The position numbers were made by a program, and so were the translations under genes. A stretch of DNA of 41,284 nt from positions 1 through 41,284 of the forward strand of contig CAWDSQ010000028.1 in NCBI GenBank assembly GCA_963804955.1, read 5' to 3'. The DNA comes from an uncultured delta proteobacterium (lineage in GTDB: Bacteria; Desulfobacterota; WTBG01; CAIYCZ01; CAIRTM01). Under the pieces are notes generated by a model that searched no databases, had not been told where the DNA came from, and was given only the letters and a program-made list of their open reading frames with translations. This document shows positions 1 to 9,775 of this stretch, piece by piece (position 1 is the first letter of the stretch; each line of letters begins with the position of its first letter).

Positions 1-738
1 AACGGTCTGAGCAATGCGGGGGTGGCGCGAGCCTGTGCCGCCGATAACAACCTTATAGCCCTTCTTCTTTGTGCAAATAACTTCCTGCTCGCATACCTCG
101 GCGCATCCGGCGCACATGACGCATTTTTTCAAATCAAAAACGGGGCCTTTTTCATCAAGGGTTATGGCCTTCTCAGTGCAGTAGGCAACGCATGTGCCGC
201 ACTGAGTGCATTCCCTGTCGTCTTTCACACCCGGCAGGTATTTGCCCATCACGCCGAAGTCTGAAAAATAGGGTGAAAAACAGGCATTCGAGCAGCCGTT
301 GACCGCGATCCTGAAAACGTGATGGCTCATAATTGATGTTGTGGCCTTGTCCATGAGAATCCGGTTGATGTCGAGCTCCTTGAGCTTTGCGCGCAGCGGG
401 GTTAGAAGCCTGCTCATCTGCTCGCGTTTTTCCATGGTGCTGGCGCCGAACTTGGCCGGGCAGAGCTGAATTGCGTACAGCTCGTCAGGCTCATCCACAA
501 AAAAATTATCCGGCAGTTGCACGTCTTCTCCCGCGGCCATTTTGCGCATCAGCTCAACAGCCTCTTTGCCCAGGGCATCTTCATACCCCTTTTCAGTTTC
601 ACGGGCAATGTCAGGGGTCACGCAGGAAAGCCCCTTTTTGCGCGCCCGCCGCTCGGCATCTATTTTTGCGTAATGCGCGATGATAGGCGGCAGGGGAATT
701 GCATCGACAATTTTTACTGCCTCTTCATTCCATTCCAT
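1..738 (-). CDS. Sulfite/nitrite reductase-like (AsrC/Dsr-like) 4Fe-4S protein, 3' end outside the window
   Basis: Manual translation from ATG at 738 (GGAGG upstream); absent from the ORF track because it runs off the window. MEWNEEAVKIVDAIP...FRIAVNGCSNACFSP...CTQCGTCVAYC...CVMCAGCAEVC...GYKVVIGGTGSRHPRIA. Has a GCxNxC motif, two ferredoxin motifs and the GG-x-G-x-HP tail of this family. Confidence 0.8.
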   Translation of the reverse strand, partial: MEWNEEAVKIVDAIPLPPIIAHYAKIDAERRARKKGLSCVTPDIARETEKGYEDALGKEAVELMRKMAAGEDVQLPDNFFVDEPDELYAIQLCPAKFGASTMEKREQMSRLLTPLRAKLKELDINRILMDKATTSIMSHHVFRIAVNGCSNACFSPYFSDFGVMGKYLPGVKDDRECTQCGTCVAYCTEKAITLDEKGPVFDLKKCVMCAGCAEVCEQEVICTKKKGYKVVIGGTGSRHPRIAQTV

Positions 739-846
739 GTTTCATTCCTCCATGAACTGTTTTTTGACATAGCTGATCGTGAAACTTCCGGCAAACCTGG
801 TACGTGGCAGCCTGTTAGTGAACGATGGCATTTATAAATTATCAGT

Positions 847-1082
847 CAGGCACCCTCCCCTTCGTCCCCTCCCATCAAGGGAGGGGAGAAAAAAGGAACC
901 TCCCTCGCCCCTTGGAGACTGTGTCGCAATTAAAAAAAATGTCATCTCGACCAAAGGGAGAGATCTTTGCCTGAAGCAAAATCAAAGCCTTAAGATTTCT
1001 CACCGCCTGCGGCGGATTCGAAATGACAGTACAAAACTAATTATGACACAGCCCCTTGTGAGAGAGGGTTGGAGTGAGGGGT
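847..1082. repeat. Composite palindromic repeat, copy 1: CCCTCCCC/GGGAGAGGG-type REP-like element interrupted by a 141-bp MITE-like element carrying a GTCAT...ATGAC palindrome pair
   Basis: Homologous to 18074-18307. The insert 915-1055 has terminal inverted repeats GAGACTGTGTCGCAAT / ATTATGACACAGCCCC and is flanked by TTG on both sides (912-914, 1056-1058). Confidence 0.85.
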
Positions 1083-1135
1083 GTCAAAATGAATTGTCAT
1101 GGCCTGCCAGGGCCATTTTAGTTCAGCATCTCCGG

Positions 1136-1607
1136 CTATGAGCGCAGGGTTGCAAGCAGGCGCACGGGATGCAGCAGCAGATCAAGGGCTGCAGTAATAT
1201 CCGGCGCAATAATGTCTGCCGCTGCCAGCGTTTGTGCAGCCGTGCATTCAGGACCGAGAACGGCAATGCCCAGAGCGCAGGCCTTCAGCATAAGCCGGTC
1301 ATTTGCGCCATTGCCGACGCTGGCGCAGGACTCGGCCCCCAGCTTTTTCACATAGGCAAGCTTTGCCTCGTCTTCCGGAGGGCCGTCAAGAACAGAGTAA
1401 TGTCAGCGGCAGCCCTGCAAGGGCCGTCGCGCAGGTTCCGGTGGTATTGGCGGTGAGAACATGTACGTCAAGCTGCATCGAAAGACCGATTATCCGTTCA
1501 ACGACCTCCGGCAGCAGCACGCCGTCGAAGGCTATGGTGCCGTTAAAATCAAGCACAAGATGCCGCAGCGCAAGATGCCCGAAACCGGGTATAGCGATGT
1601 CTATCAT
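1136..1607 (-). CDS. HAD-superfamily hydrolase (soluble P-type ATPase-like), split by one frameshift
   Basis: The N-part MIDIAIPGFGHLALRHLVLDFNGTIAFDG (motif I) joins the C-part VGNGANDRLML (motif IV) from ORFs 1386..1607 and 1136..1351. Start overlaps the selD stop (ATGA). Confidence 0.8.
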
Positions 1608-2650
1608 ACCAGGCGCAGCTTTCCACGGGCCGGATCATCGGGCAGCACCTGCCCGATATGGGCCGCAAGATCACCCGCTTCAAGAAGCAGGTCGCGGGCC
1701 TGTGCAAGCTTTTCTTCAGGCACCGAAAGGATAAGGCCGCCCGAGGTCTGCGCGTCAAATACAAGATCGACCAGAATAGGGTCGGCGCCCTGCGGCACAT
1801 CAACCAGCTTATGGCAGAAATTCTTGTTGCAGGTGCTGCCGCCGGGAAACATGCCCATAGCCGCAAGCTCGACAGCCTCCGGGATAAAAGGGATTTTATC
1901 CAGCCACAGCTCAACGCTCACCCCTGATGCCTTGGCAAGCTCCAGCGCATGACCGCCCAGGCCGAAGCCCGTCACATCGGTTGCGCCCTTCAGGCCAAGT
2001 TTCTGAATGACCGCGCCTCCCGCCTTGTTAAGCCTGCTGGCCCAGCGGTAAATCAGCTCCTCGATTTTGGCGCTGTCGCCGAAATCGGCCTTCAGCGCTG
2101 TTGCCAGAACGCCGGTGCCTATGGGCTTGGTGAGCAGCAGGTGGTCGCCGGGCCGCAGGCCCCGGTTTGAGGCAAAGGCTGCAGGATCAACAATGCCCGT
2201 CACCGACAGGCCGTATTTGATCTCAGTGTCCTTGACGCTGTGGCCGCCTGCCATGACAGCACCCGACTCACGGATTTTGTCCATGCCGCCTTCAAGAATC
2301 CGGCGCAGAACCTCCTTGCCCATCGTCTGAATCGGAAAGCAGACAATGTTCATGGCAGTATAGGGCTCGCCTCCCATGGCATAGACGTCGGAAAGCGAAT
2401 TGGCCGCGGCAATCTGACCGAACCAGTACGGGTTGTTGACAATCGGCGTGAGAAAGTCGAGCGTCTGCACGAGCGCCTTTCCCTCGGGAAAGCGCACGAC
2501 AGCCGCATCCTCATTGTCGCCTAGGCCGGTCAGTATCCGGTCATCGCGTATCTGGCTGAATCCGGAAATCACGTCCTCCAGGTCCCCTGGAGAAATTTTA
2601 GCTGCTCAACCGGCCGATGCGACGGTTTTCACAAGCTCTATATCGCTCAT
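1604..2650 (-). CDS. selD: Selenide, water dikinase (selenophosphate synthetase), selenocysteine-containing, 348 aa
   Basis: Body motifs EDAAV, QTLDFLTPIV, FGQIAAANSLSDVYAMGG, GGHS, TDVTGFGLGGH and DAQTSGGL. Extending upstream in frame gives MSDIELVKTVASAG-TGA-AAKISPGDL from ATG at 2650, with TGA (2606-2608) at the catalytic Cys/Sec position. Confidence 0.95.
2575..2593 (-). promoter_or_regulatory. Putative bacterial SECIS hairpin of selD
   Basis: 12 nt after the in-frame UGA the mRNA reads UCUCCAGG-GGA-CCUGGAGG, a 7-bp perfect stem (extendable by a U-G pair) with a G-containing apical loop. Confidence 0.75.
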
Positions 2651-2857
2651 GGTTTATCCTTTTAAAATTTTTCGTCCAGTGGCCACGTCTGCGCTCGAAA
2701 CAAACTGTGCAGCACCTATGCCTTTAGCGCTTTTCAGGCTGCTTTGTCAACACAGGAAAACAGGGATTAAAAACACTTGAACAAGAAGGGCCTATGGGTT
2801 ACTTTGTATCCTTTTCAAATTGGGACAAAACAATCACTCATACTGCAGCAGGGCGCC

Positions 2858-4138
<1,281 letters not shown>

Positions 4139-4196
4139 GACAGCGTGCGCAGCCGGGGGAAACACTCGCCGGTTCAGCTTTGAGTGCGTCTTTCAT

Positions 4197-4234
4197 AAGC
4201 CGCTGTCTGCCATGCGCAGCCGGCGGCTTTTTTT
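4197..4234 (+). terminator. Probable intrinsic terminator after malic enzyme
   Basis: AAGCCGCTG...CGGCGGCTT stem followed by a T run. Confidence 0.6.
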
Positions 4235-4446
4235 ATGCTGCCTCCACCGGCATGTCATTGACCGGCAGCAGCATAACGCTCTTCTCACGTGAGACCTCTT
4301 CCATGATGACATCATGTTATTTGTTTTTTTAATTTTTTATTGTTATAAATACTGTCAGTAAAGCACAATCATTCAGCCCAAAAATACAAAAAGTCCTATT
4401 GATATATTATATTAAAATATATTAAAAATAATCAAAGGTGGCTGTC

Positions 4447-5115
4447 ATGACCAATCCAGGTAATCCGTTAACTAAAAAAGCCGTGGCGATTACACGCAGA
4501 GATTTTTTAAAGTATTCCGGGTTAACCCTGGTAAGTGTATCCGTCGTCGGTTGTGGAATCTTTCCGAAAAATACGGTCGGCTATTTGCTTGTTGATATGA
4601 AAAAGTGCCAGGGGTGCATGTCGTGCATGCTGGCATGTTCACTTGTGCATCATGGTGTTGAAAATCCGTCGCTGTCACGAATTCAGGTGCTGCAAAATCC
4701 TCAGGGAAGTTTTCCTGATGATCTGGTTATTTCTCAGTGCAGGCAGTGCGTTGAACCTGCCTGCGTAGAGAGCTGTCCCGTAGGTGCTTTGAAACCTGAT
4801 CCGCTCTATAAAGTTATTACGGTCAATGAAAAAAAATGCATTGGCTGTAAAAGCTGTATCACGGCCTGTCCCTACAAACCGGGAAGAGCCATCTGGAATT
4901 TTGAAGATAACCACTCCCAGAAATGTGATCTGTGCGCAAAAACTCCGTACTGGAATGAAAAGGGAGGTCTTGACGGCAAAAAAGCCTGTGTTGAGATATG
5001 TCCGCTGGATGCAATTATCTTTACCACCGAGACCCCGGTCCAGGAGGGCGACGGGGGATACAGTGTCAATCTCAGGGGTGAGGAGTGGGCACGTCTTGGA
5101 TATCCAATTGATTAG
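4447..5115 (+). CDS. 4Fe-4S dicluster (polyferredoxin, DmsB/YdhY-like) subunit with Tat signal and possible lipobox
   Basis: TRRDFLK twin-arginine motif, then a hydrophobic stretch ending VVGC. Cys motifs CQGCMSCMLAC, CRQCVEPACVESCP, CIGCKSCITACP and KCDLC...CVEICP. Confidence 0.9.
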   Translation: MTNPGNPLTKKAVAITRRDFLKYSGLTLVSVSVVGCGIFPKNTVGYLLVDMKKCQGCMSCMLACSLVHHGVENPSLSRIQVLQNPQGSFPDDLVISQCRQCVEPACVESCPVGALKPDPLYKVITVNEKKCIGCKSCITACPYKPGRAIWNFEDNHSQKCDLCAKTPYWNEKGGLDGKKACVEICPLDAIIFTTETPVQEGDGGYSVNLRGEEWARLGYPID

Positions 5116-5148
5116 CTTTTAACCAATAGTTCAGAGCGAGGGTATCAG

Positions 5149-7221
5149 ATGAACGGCTACGTGGGAAAAATCCTTAAAATTGATTTAACGACTCGAGCGA
5201 TAGAAATCCTTAACACCAGCGATTATGAAGAATGGGGCGGCGGGCATGGGATGGGGTCCAAAATATTCTGGGACCTGGTCAAGGATAAGACAATCAGCGG
5301 GTTTGATCCTGAAAATGTTGTAACCTTTATGACATCGCCGCTTGCCGGTACGATGGTGCCTGGCGCCGGTTCACGGACGGAAGTGCAGGGCATAGGTGTG
5401 CATACCGATCCCGAGTGGTTTACCCGGAGTAATTTTGGCGGCCGGTTTGCCGGTATGCTGAAATATGCCGGATGGGATGGCATTGCCATACAGGGCCAGT
5501 CTGCAAACCCGGTCTGGATCGATATACGAAATGATGATGTGCAGATCAGAGATGCACAAAGCCTGTGGGGGCAGGACACCTGGGAAACCCAGCGGCTCAT
5601 CTGGGAAGATGTTACCGGCACCGTTTCTATGGATGACTGGATAGAGATTGCCTCTGGCAATGGCACAGGAAGGACCACGCAGCGGCCGGCTGTTGTCGCC
5701 ATCGGCCCTGTCGGAGAAGTGCTGGGCCGGATTGCCGCGCTGGTGCATGACAGCGGGCACGGCGCCGGGCAGGGAGGGTTTGGCGGAGTTCTGGGGGCAA
5801 AAAAACTGAAGGCCATCAGCGTGATCGGCACCGGCAGCATTACGGTGGCCCATCCGAGGAATTTATTTGCAGCCCGCCTCTGGGCGCAGCGTGTTTACGG
5901 CAATGATCTGTACAGCGATAGCGAATCAACATATTCACCCGACTTCTGGTCCTGGTTTGGCGTGGACGGAAAGGATCAGATTGGCTGGCCCTCCGGCGGT
6001 AATGCCCGCCTGCATGCCTGTCCCGGATGCCATCGGGGCTGTAATGAACAGTCTGAAAATCCACTGAAGAACGGCTCCATGTGTTCTGAAACATTTCAGT
6101 ACTTCAATACCACTCCTGAAGAGCAGGCAAGCGGAAAAGGCTTTATTCCGACAAGCCTGACCCAGAAATACGGCATCAATGCCAGCGAGATGTCAAAAAT
6201 AAAGCTTTATCTGCCGGCGCTGTACGACCTGGGCGTGCTGGGCCCCGGAAAGGAAATTGACTGTGATTTGGCGTTTAACACGGTGGCTTTCTTTGAAAAA
6301 TTGTATGATATGATCGCCAAAAGGGAAGGCATTGGCGATGATCTTGCCGAAGGGCTGTACCGGGCAGCGGATCGCTGGGGGCGCCGGGAAGAAGATTTGC
6401 GCACCGGCCTTCTTGACTATGCCTACTGGGGGCAGCCGACACATCATTATGATCCCCGCGCGGAAATTTCCTGGGGCTACGGCACACTCCTTGGGGACCG
6501 TGATATCAATGAGCACTGCTTCACCTTTATTTTTTGGAAAAATTTTATTTCCATTTTCACCGGAGCTGATCCGCCGCCGGTAGCGGCTCGGGATGTTGTG
6601 GATATCATGACCAGAAAAATGGTCCCGTTTGATGACGACCCGTTGATGCATGACTCAAATACTGAGAATATTTATTCTGAACATGTCGCCAAGCTGGTCG
6701 CCTGGCATCGGTATTATACCCGTTTCTGGAAAGAGTCGATTCTGTTCTGTGATAATCGCTGGCCGGATTTCATCAACACCAAAGGGCCTAAAAATGAAGG
6801 CATGACCGGTGAGGGGGAGCCGAAATTTTTTAATGCGGTTACCGGCAAGAATATCAGTTTTCTTGACGGAATAGAGACGGGCAAAAGAATTTGGAACCTT
6901 GATAATGCGATCTGGACACTGCAGGGCCGCCACAGGGACATGGTACATTTTGCCGAATTTATTTACCAGCAGCCTTTTGTCGGTGCGATGCCGACATCTG
7001 AGTACTATCAGCCCTGGCTTGAAGACGGAAATTGGTCTTTTAAAAAAGTTAATGGCCGGTCTTTGGACAAGGATAAGTTTGAAGAATTCAAGACCCGCTT
7101 TTATCAGCTGTCGGGCTGGGACAGCACTTCAGGCTGGCCTAAAAGAAGTACCCTTGAAGCGCTTGATCTCGCATTTGCGGCTGATGAGCTGGAGGCAAAC
7201 GGAAAAATCGGAAAGGAATAA
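5149..7221 (+). CDS. Aldehyde:ferredoxin oxidoreductase family (W/Mo-pterin) catalytic subunit, YdhV-like
   Basis: MNGYVGKILKIDLT, GGHGMG, RSNFGGRFAGMLKYAGWDGI, IGPVGE, GGFGGVLGAKKLKAI, CPGCHRGC, REGIGDDLAEG and YQLSGWD...GWP motifs. Confidence 0.92.
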   Translation: MNGYVGKILKIDLTTRAIEILNTSDYEEWGGGHGMGSKIFWDLVKDKTISGFDPENVVTFMTSPLAGTMVPGAGSRTEVQGIGVHTDPEWFTRSNFGGRFAGMLKYAGWDGIAIQGQSANPVWIDIRNDDVQIRDAQSLWGQDTWETQRLIWEDVTGTVSMDDWIEIASGNGTGRTTQRPAVVAIGPVGEVLGRIAALVHDSGHGAGQGGFGGVLGAKKLKAISVIGTGSITVAHPRNLFAARLWAQRVYGNDLYSDSESTYSPDFWSWFGVDGKDQIGWPSGGNARLHACPGCHRGCNEQSENPLKNGSMCSETFQYFNTTPEEQASGKGFIPTSLTQKYGINASEMSKIKLYLPALYDLGVLGPGKEIDCDLAFNTVAFFEKLYDMIAKREGIGDDLAEGLYRAADRWGRREEDLRTGLLDYAYWGQPTHHYDPRAEISWGYGTLLGDRDINEHCFTFIFWKNFISIFTGADPPPVAARDVVDIMTRKMVPFDDDPLMHDSNTENIYSEHVAKLVAWHRYYTRFWKESILFCDNRWPDFINTKGPKNEGMTGEGEPKFFNAVTGKNISFLDGIETGKRIWNLDNAIWTLQGRHRDMVHFAEFIYQQPFVGAMPTSEYYQPWLEDGNWSFKKVNGRSLDKDKFEEFKTRFYQLSGWDSTSGWPKRSTLEALDLAFAADELEANGKIGKE

Positions 7222-7297
7222 ACCTGAGCCCGGACACGTTTTCTCTGCAGGCATATGCGCATCATCCGGAACAGCAGGGTGAGGCAGATATGCTGAG

Positions 7298-7397
7298 AGC
7301 GGAGTGGCCATGGCCTGCCTATCCGGGGCGCGATGCCTAGCAGGGCAAATACTTGAGGAAAGGTACGACAAGAACTATTGCCCGTTTTAATGAGTAA
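7298..7397 (+). pseudogene. Degenerate duplicate of the last ~30 codons of the malic enzyme gene
   Basis: Aligns to 4043-4138, with shared blocks GGGCGCGATGCCTA, AAATACTTGAGGAAAG, CAAGAAC and ATTGC. Both copies end in TAA. Confidence 0.8.
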
Positions 7398-7473
7398 CTG
7401 GCAATAGCGGCAGGAAGAAGCTCTCAGCGGTTCCAGGAGCTTTTTATTTTTGCCTCATGAAACAGAGCAGTCT

Positions 7474-7555
7474 TAAGAATCCGAACATGCTTCGCCGGCG
7501 AAGAGCCGGCATCCAGGATTCTTATGTAGGCGGCACGATTCATCGTGCCGCCTGC
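7474..7555. repeat. Two adjacent palindromic REP-like elements
   Basis: TAAGAATCC...GGATTCTTA hairpin (7474-7524), then GTAGGCGGCACGAT-TC-ATCGTGCCGCCTGC (7526-7555, GTAG-tagged). Confidence 0.65.
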
Positions 7556-7717
7556 CTGACGCCGGTTATTCACCGAGGTGACAAATCTTTCTAACATTTG
7601 AGCAGCATTGAGAATACTACTACCGGCAACATGCTATAGAAAAAATGCGGTCTGATCTTTCGCTGCAATGGCAACATATCTCACAGGCATCTCACGACAC
7701 CATCAGCAACAGAAAGC

Positions 7718-8095
7718 TTATCTGTTTTTCAGAAGCGCGCTATCCACATGCAGCCATAGTGCGGCTGAGTCGATATCCCGAAAAATAGCGATTTCATGCT
7801 TGTCGCTTTCCACCAGAGCCTGAAACATTCTTGCCATGCCGTATTGTAAATCATTGTGCACGGAAAATGCCGTATAGGTCTTTTCCATAGGTGCAAACCG
7901 GCAGGTTTTATAAAACATGATATCATTGCTGGTGGCCGTAACACCCTGAAGATCATCGACATCGGCAAATCTCTTCACATATGTCTTTGTGCGCTCGATT
8001 TCATTTAATTCTTTACCGAGCATATCCAGGGCTCGGGCGTCAAATATCCCCGAAAGCTTGACAATCAGCAGTTCTTCATTAACTATTGTTACCAT
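7718..8095 (-). CDS. Hypothetical small alpha/beta protein (STAS/SpoIIAA-like pattern)
   Basis: MVTIVNEELLIVKLSG...LQYGMARMFQAL...IFRDIDSAALWL. The C-terminal F-x-D-x-x-x-A-x-x-W-L pattern is typical of SpoIIAA-like small proteins. The longer start in the ORF track lies within a repeat. Confidence 0.65.
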   Translation of the reverse strand: MVTIVNEELLIVKLSGIFDARALDMLGKELNEIERTKTYVKRFADVDDLQGVTATSNDIMFYKTCRFAPMEKTYTAFSVHNDLQYGMARMFQALVESDKHEIAIFRDIDSAALWLHVDSALLKNR

Positions 8096-8168
8096 GCTGC
8101 AGAACCCATTTCCCAAAAGCCTCAATCCTTTACGGCCTGTATCATTTTTCAGCCGCTTCGTTCTGTAA

Positions 8169-8299
8169 GAGCGTGTATGAAAAGTCATGTAATGTCATCC
8201 TGAACGAAGTAAAGGATCCCTGAATTCATTAAAGATACGAGATTCTTCGCTGCGCTCAGAATGACAATCCAAAGGTGCTTTGGCTTTTCGCACACGCTC
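8169..8299. mobile_element. 131-bp MITE-like element with TAA target duplication and internal GTCAT...ATGAC palindrome pair
   Basis: Ends GAGCGTGTATGAAAAGTCA / TGGCTTTTCGCACACGCTC are inverted repeats. TAA flanks both sides (8166-8168, 8300-8302). Internal GTCATCCTGAACGAAG...CGCTCAGAATGAC at 8194-8265. Confidence 0.8.
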
Positions 8300-8351
8300 T
8301 AAAAGCATGATGCCTGGTTTGGCTGTGGGGAGACCCTCAACTGTGTCCCAG

Positions 8352-8850
8352 TTATTTCTGCATGCTTTGTTTCTTCTTACGGTTGTCCCGTATTATCTTC
8401 GTGTCGTGATACATCTCATCATAGGCAAGCTTGATGGCGCCGTCAAAGTCCGCGAGCGCCCCGCCATTCTGCTTGATGAACTTTTCAGCATCCGCTTTGT
8501 TTTCAAAGGCCCATTTGGCGTTTCTGGTCATGACGCCCTGAACGCTGCCGCCAACAACCCATATGGCCTTCTCGGCATCAATAAGCTTCTTTGTGCCGTA
8601 ATCGGCAACCAGTATGGCCGTTGGCGTTTTGTCCATGGTCAGCCCCAGATCAAGCGCGGCACAGTGCAGGCTGCAGATGCCGGTAAAAGATCCGTTATCA
8701 TAAGCAATATGCATTCTGCTGTGGCTGAACATCTGCCGGTCCATGCCGCAGTACTTGCAGGCTGGGTGTCTGCTTAATGTCATCCTGTGAAAAAGCGGGC
8801 TGAACCGACGCGGCAAAAAGCAGCAGTGCGAGCAATACAGTTTTTTTCAT
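8352..8850 (-). CDS. NosL-family copper-chaperone-like exported protein, copy A (frameshift near the signal peptide)
   Basis: AGGAGG RBS and ATG at 8850 give MKKTVLLALLLFAASV (signal peptide). Core CKYCGMDR...CSLHC...VADYGTKKLIDAEKAIWVVGGSVQGVM...AEKFIKQNGG. Confidence 0.85.
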
Positions 8851-8872
8851 ACGCCCCTCCTTTGTGCGGGTG

Positions 8873-9358
8873 TTATTTTTTCAGGCTGCGACTGCTCCGC
8901 AGCGCATGTGCATCCTGATACATCTCTTCATAGGCAAGCTTAAGGGCATCGTCAAAGGTCGCAAGCCTGCCCCCGTTCTGCTTGACGAACGTCGCGGCAT
9001 CGCTTTATTTTCAAAGGCCCACTTGGCGTTTCTGGTCATGACGCCCTGAACGCTGCCGCCAACAACCCATATGGCCTTCTCGGCATCGATAAGCTTTTTC
9101 GTGCCGTAATCGGCAACCATTATGGCCGTTGGCGTCTTGTCCATGCGTCAGCGCAAGATCAAGCGCAGCGCAGTGCAGGCTGCACGTTCCCCTGAACGAG
9201 CCGTCCTCGTAATCGACATGCATTCTGCTGTGGCTGAACTTCTGCCGGTCCATGCCGCAGTACTTGCAGGTGGGCGTCTGTCTGATATCATCCTGCGCAA
9301 AAGCAGTCATCACCGAAGCGGCAAAAACAAGCAGTGTGAGCAGTAAAGTTTTTTTCAT
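8873..9358 (-). CDS. NosL-family exported protein, copy B (two frameshifts)
   Basis: MKKTLLLTLLVFAASVMTAFAQDD...CKYCGMDR...CSLHC continuing into MDKTPTAIMVADYGTKKLIDAEKAIWVVGGSVQGVM. Reconstructed end MYQDAHALRSSRSLKK*. Core near-identical to copy A. Confidence 0.85.
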
Positions 9359-9775
9359 ATTTTCCCCGTGTGCGGGTGCACTCCCGCCTGTAGCAGTGCA
9401 TAGCGGCGGCGGGCTTTTTTTTGATATCTTCAGTTGTTTCGTCGTAGATATTCTTTTCATTACATACTTCGGCAAACAGCATTTGTCGATTAAAAAATTT
9501 TTCCTGCTGGCATCAACTGCAGGCCCTGTATCCCGGGACCGGACTTCAATAACAACTTCAAGAAAGCCTTAACGGAGATTGCTAACGTTTCATTTTTATA
9601 CTAGAATAATTCCGTATGTGCTATGCTTTGCCTATTCGCGTCCGGATGCTGTCTCTGCAATGCCCGAACAAAGCCCTGGAAGGCGCCGCCCTATGATGTA
9701 ACAATACGTGCAGTCAAGCAGCGCTACGCTTCTACATCTGAAAAGCACTATGGTTTTTTGAAAAAGTACCGTTCT

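Noticed and set aside
779..1141. 120-aa ORF, plus the similar short ORF at 18089..18274
   Set aside because: They lie across the composite palindromic repeats and have no protein-like features or RBS.
4139..4446. Molybdenum/tungsten cofactor riboswitch upstream of the AOR pair
   Set aside because: Only a terminator-like hairpin and AT-rich promoter DNA are visible, with no recognisable aptamer motifs. An Rfam scan would settle it.
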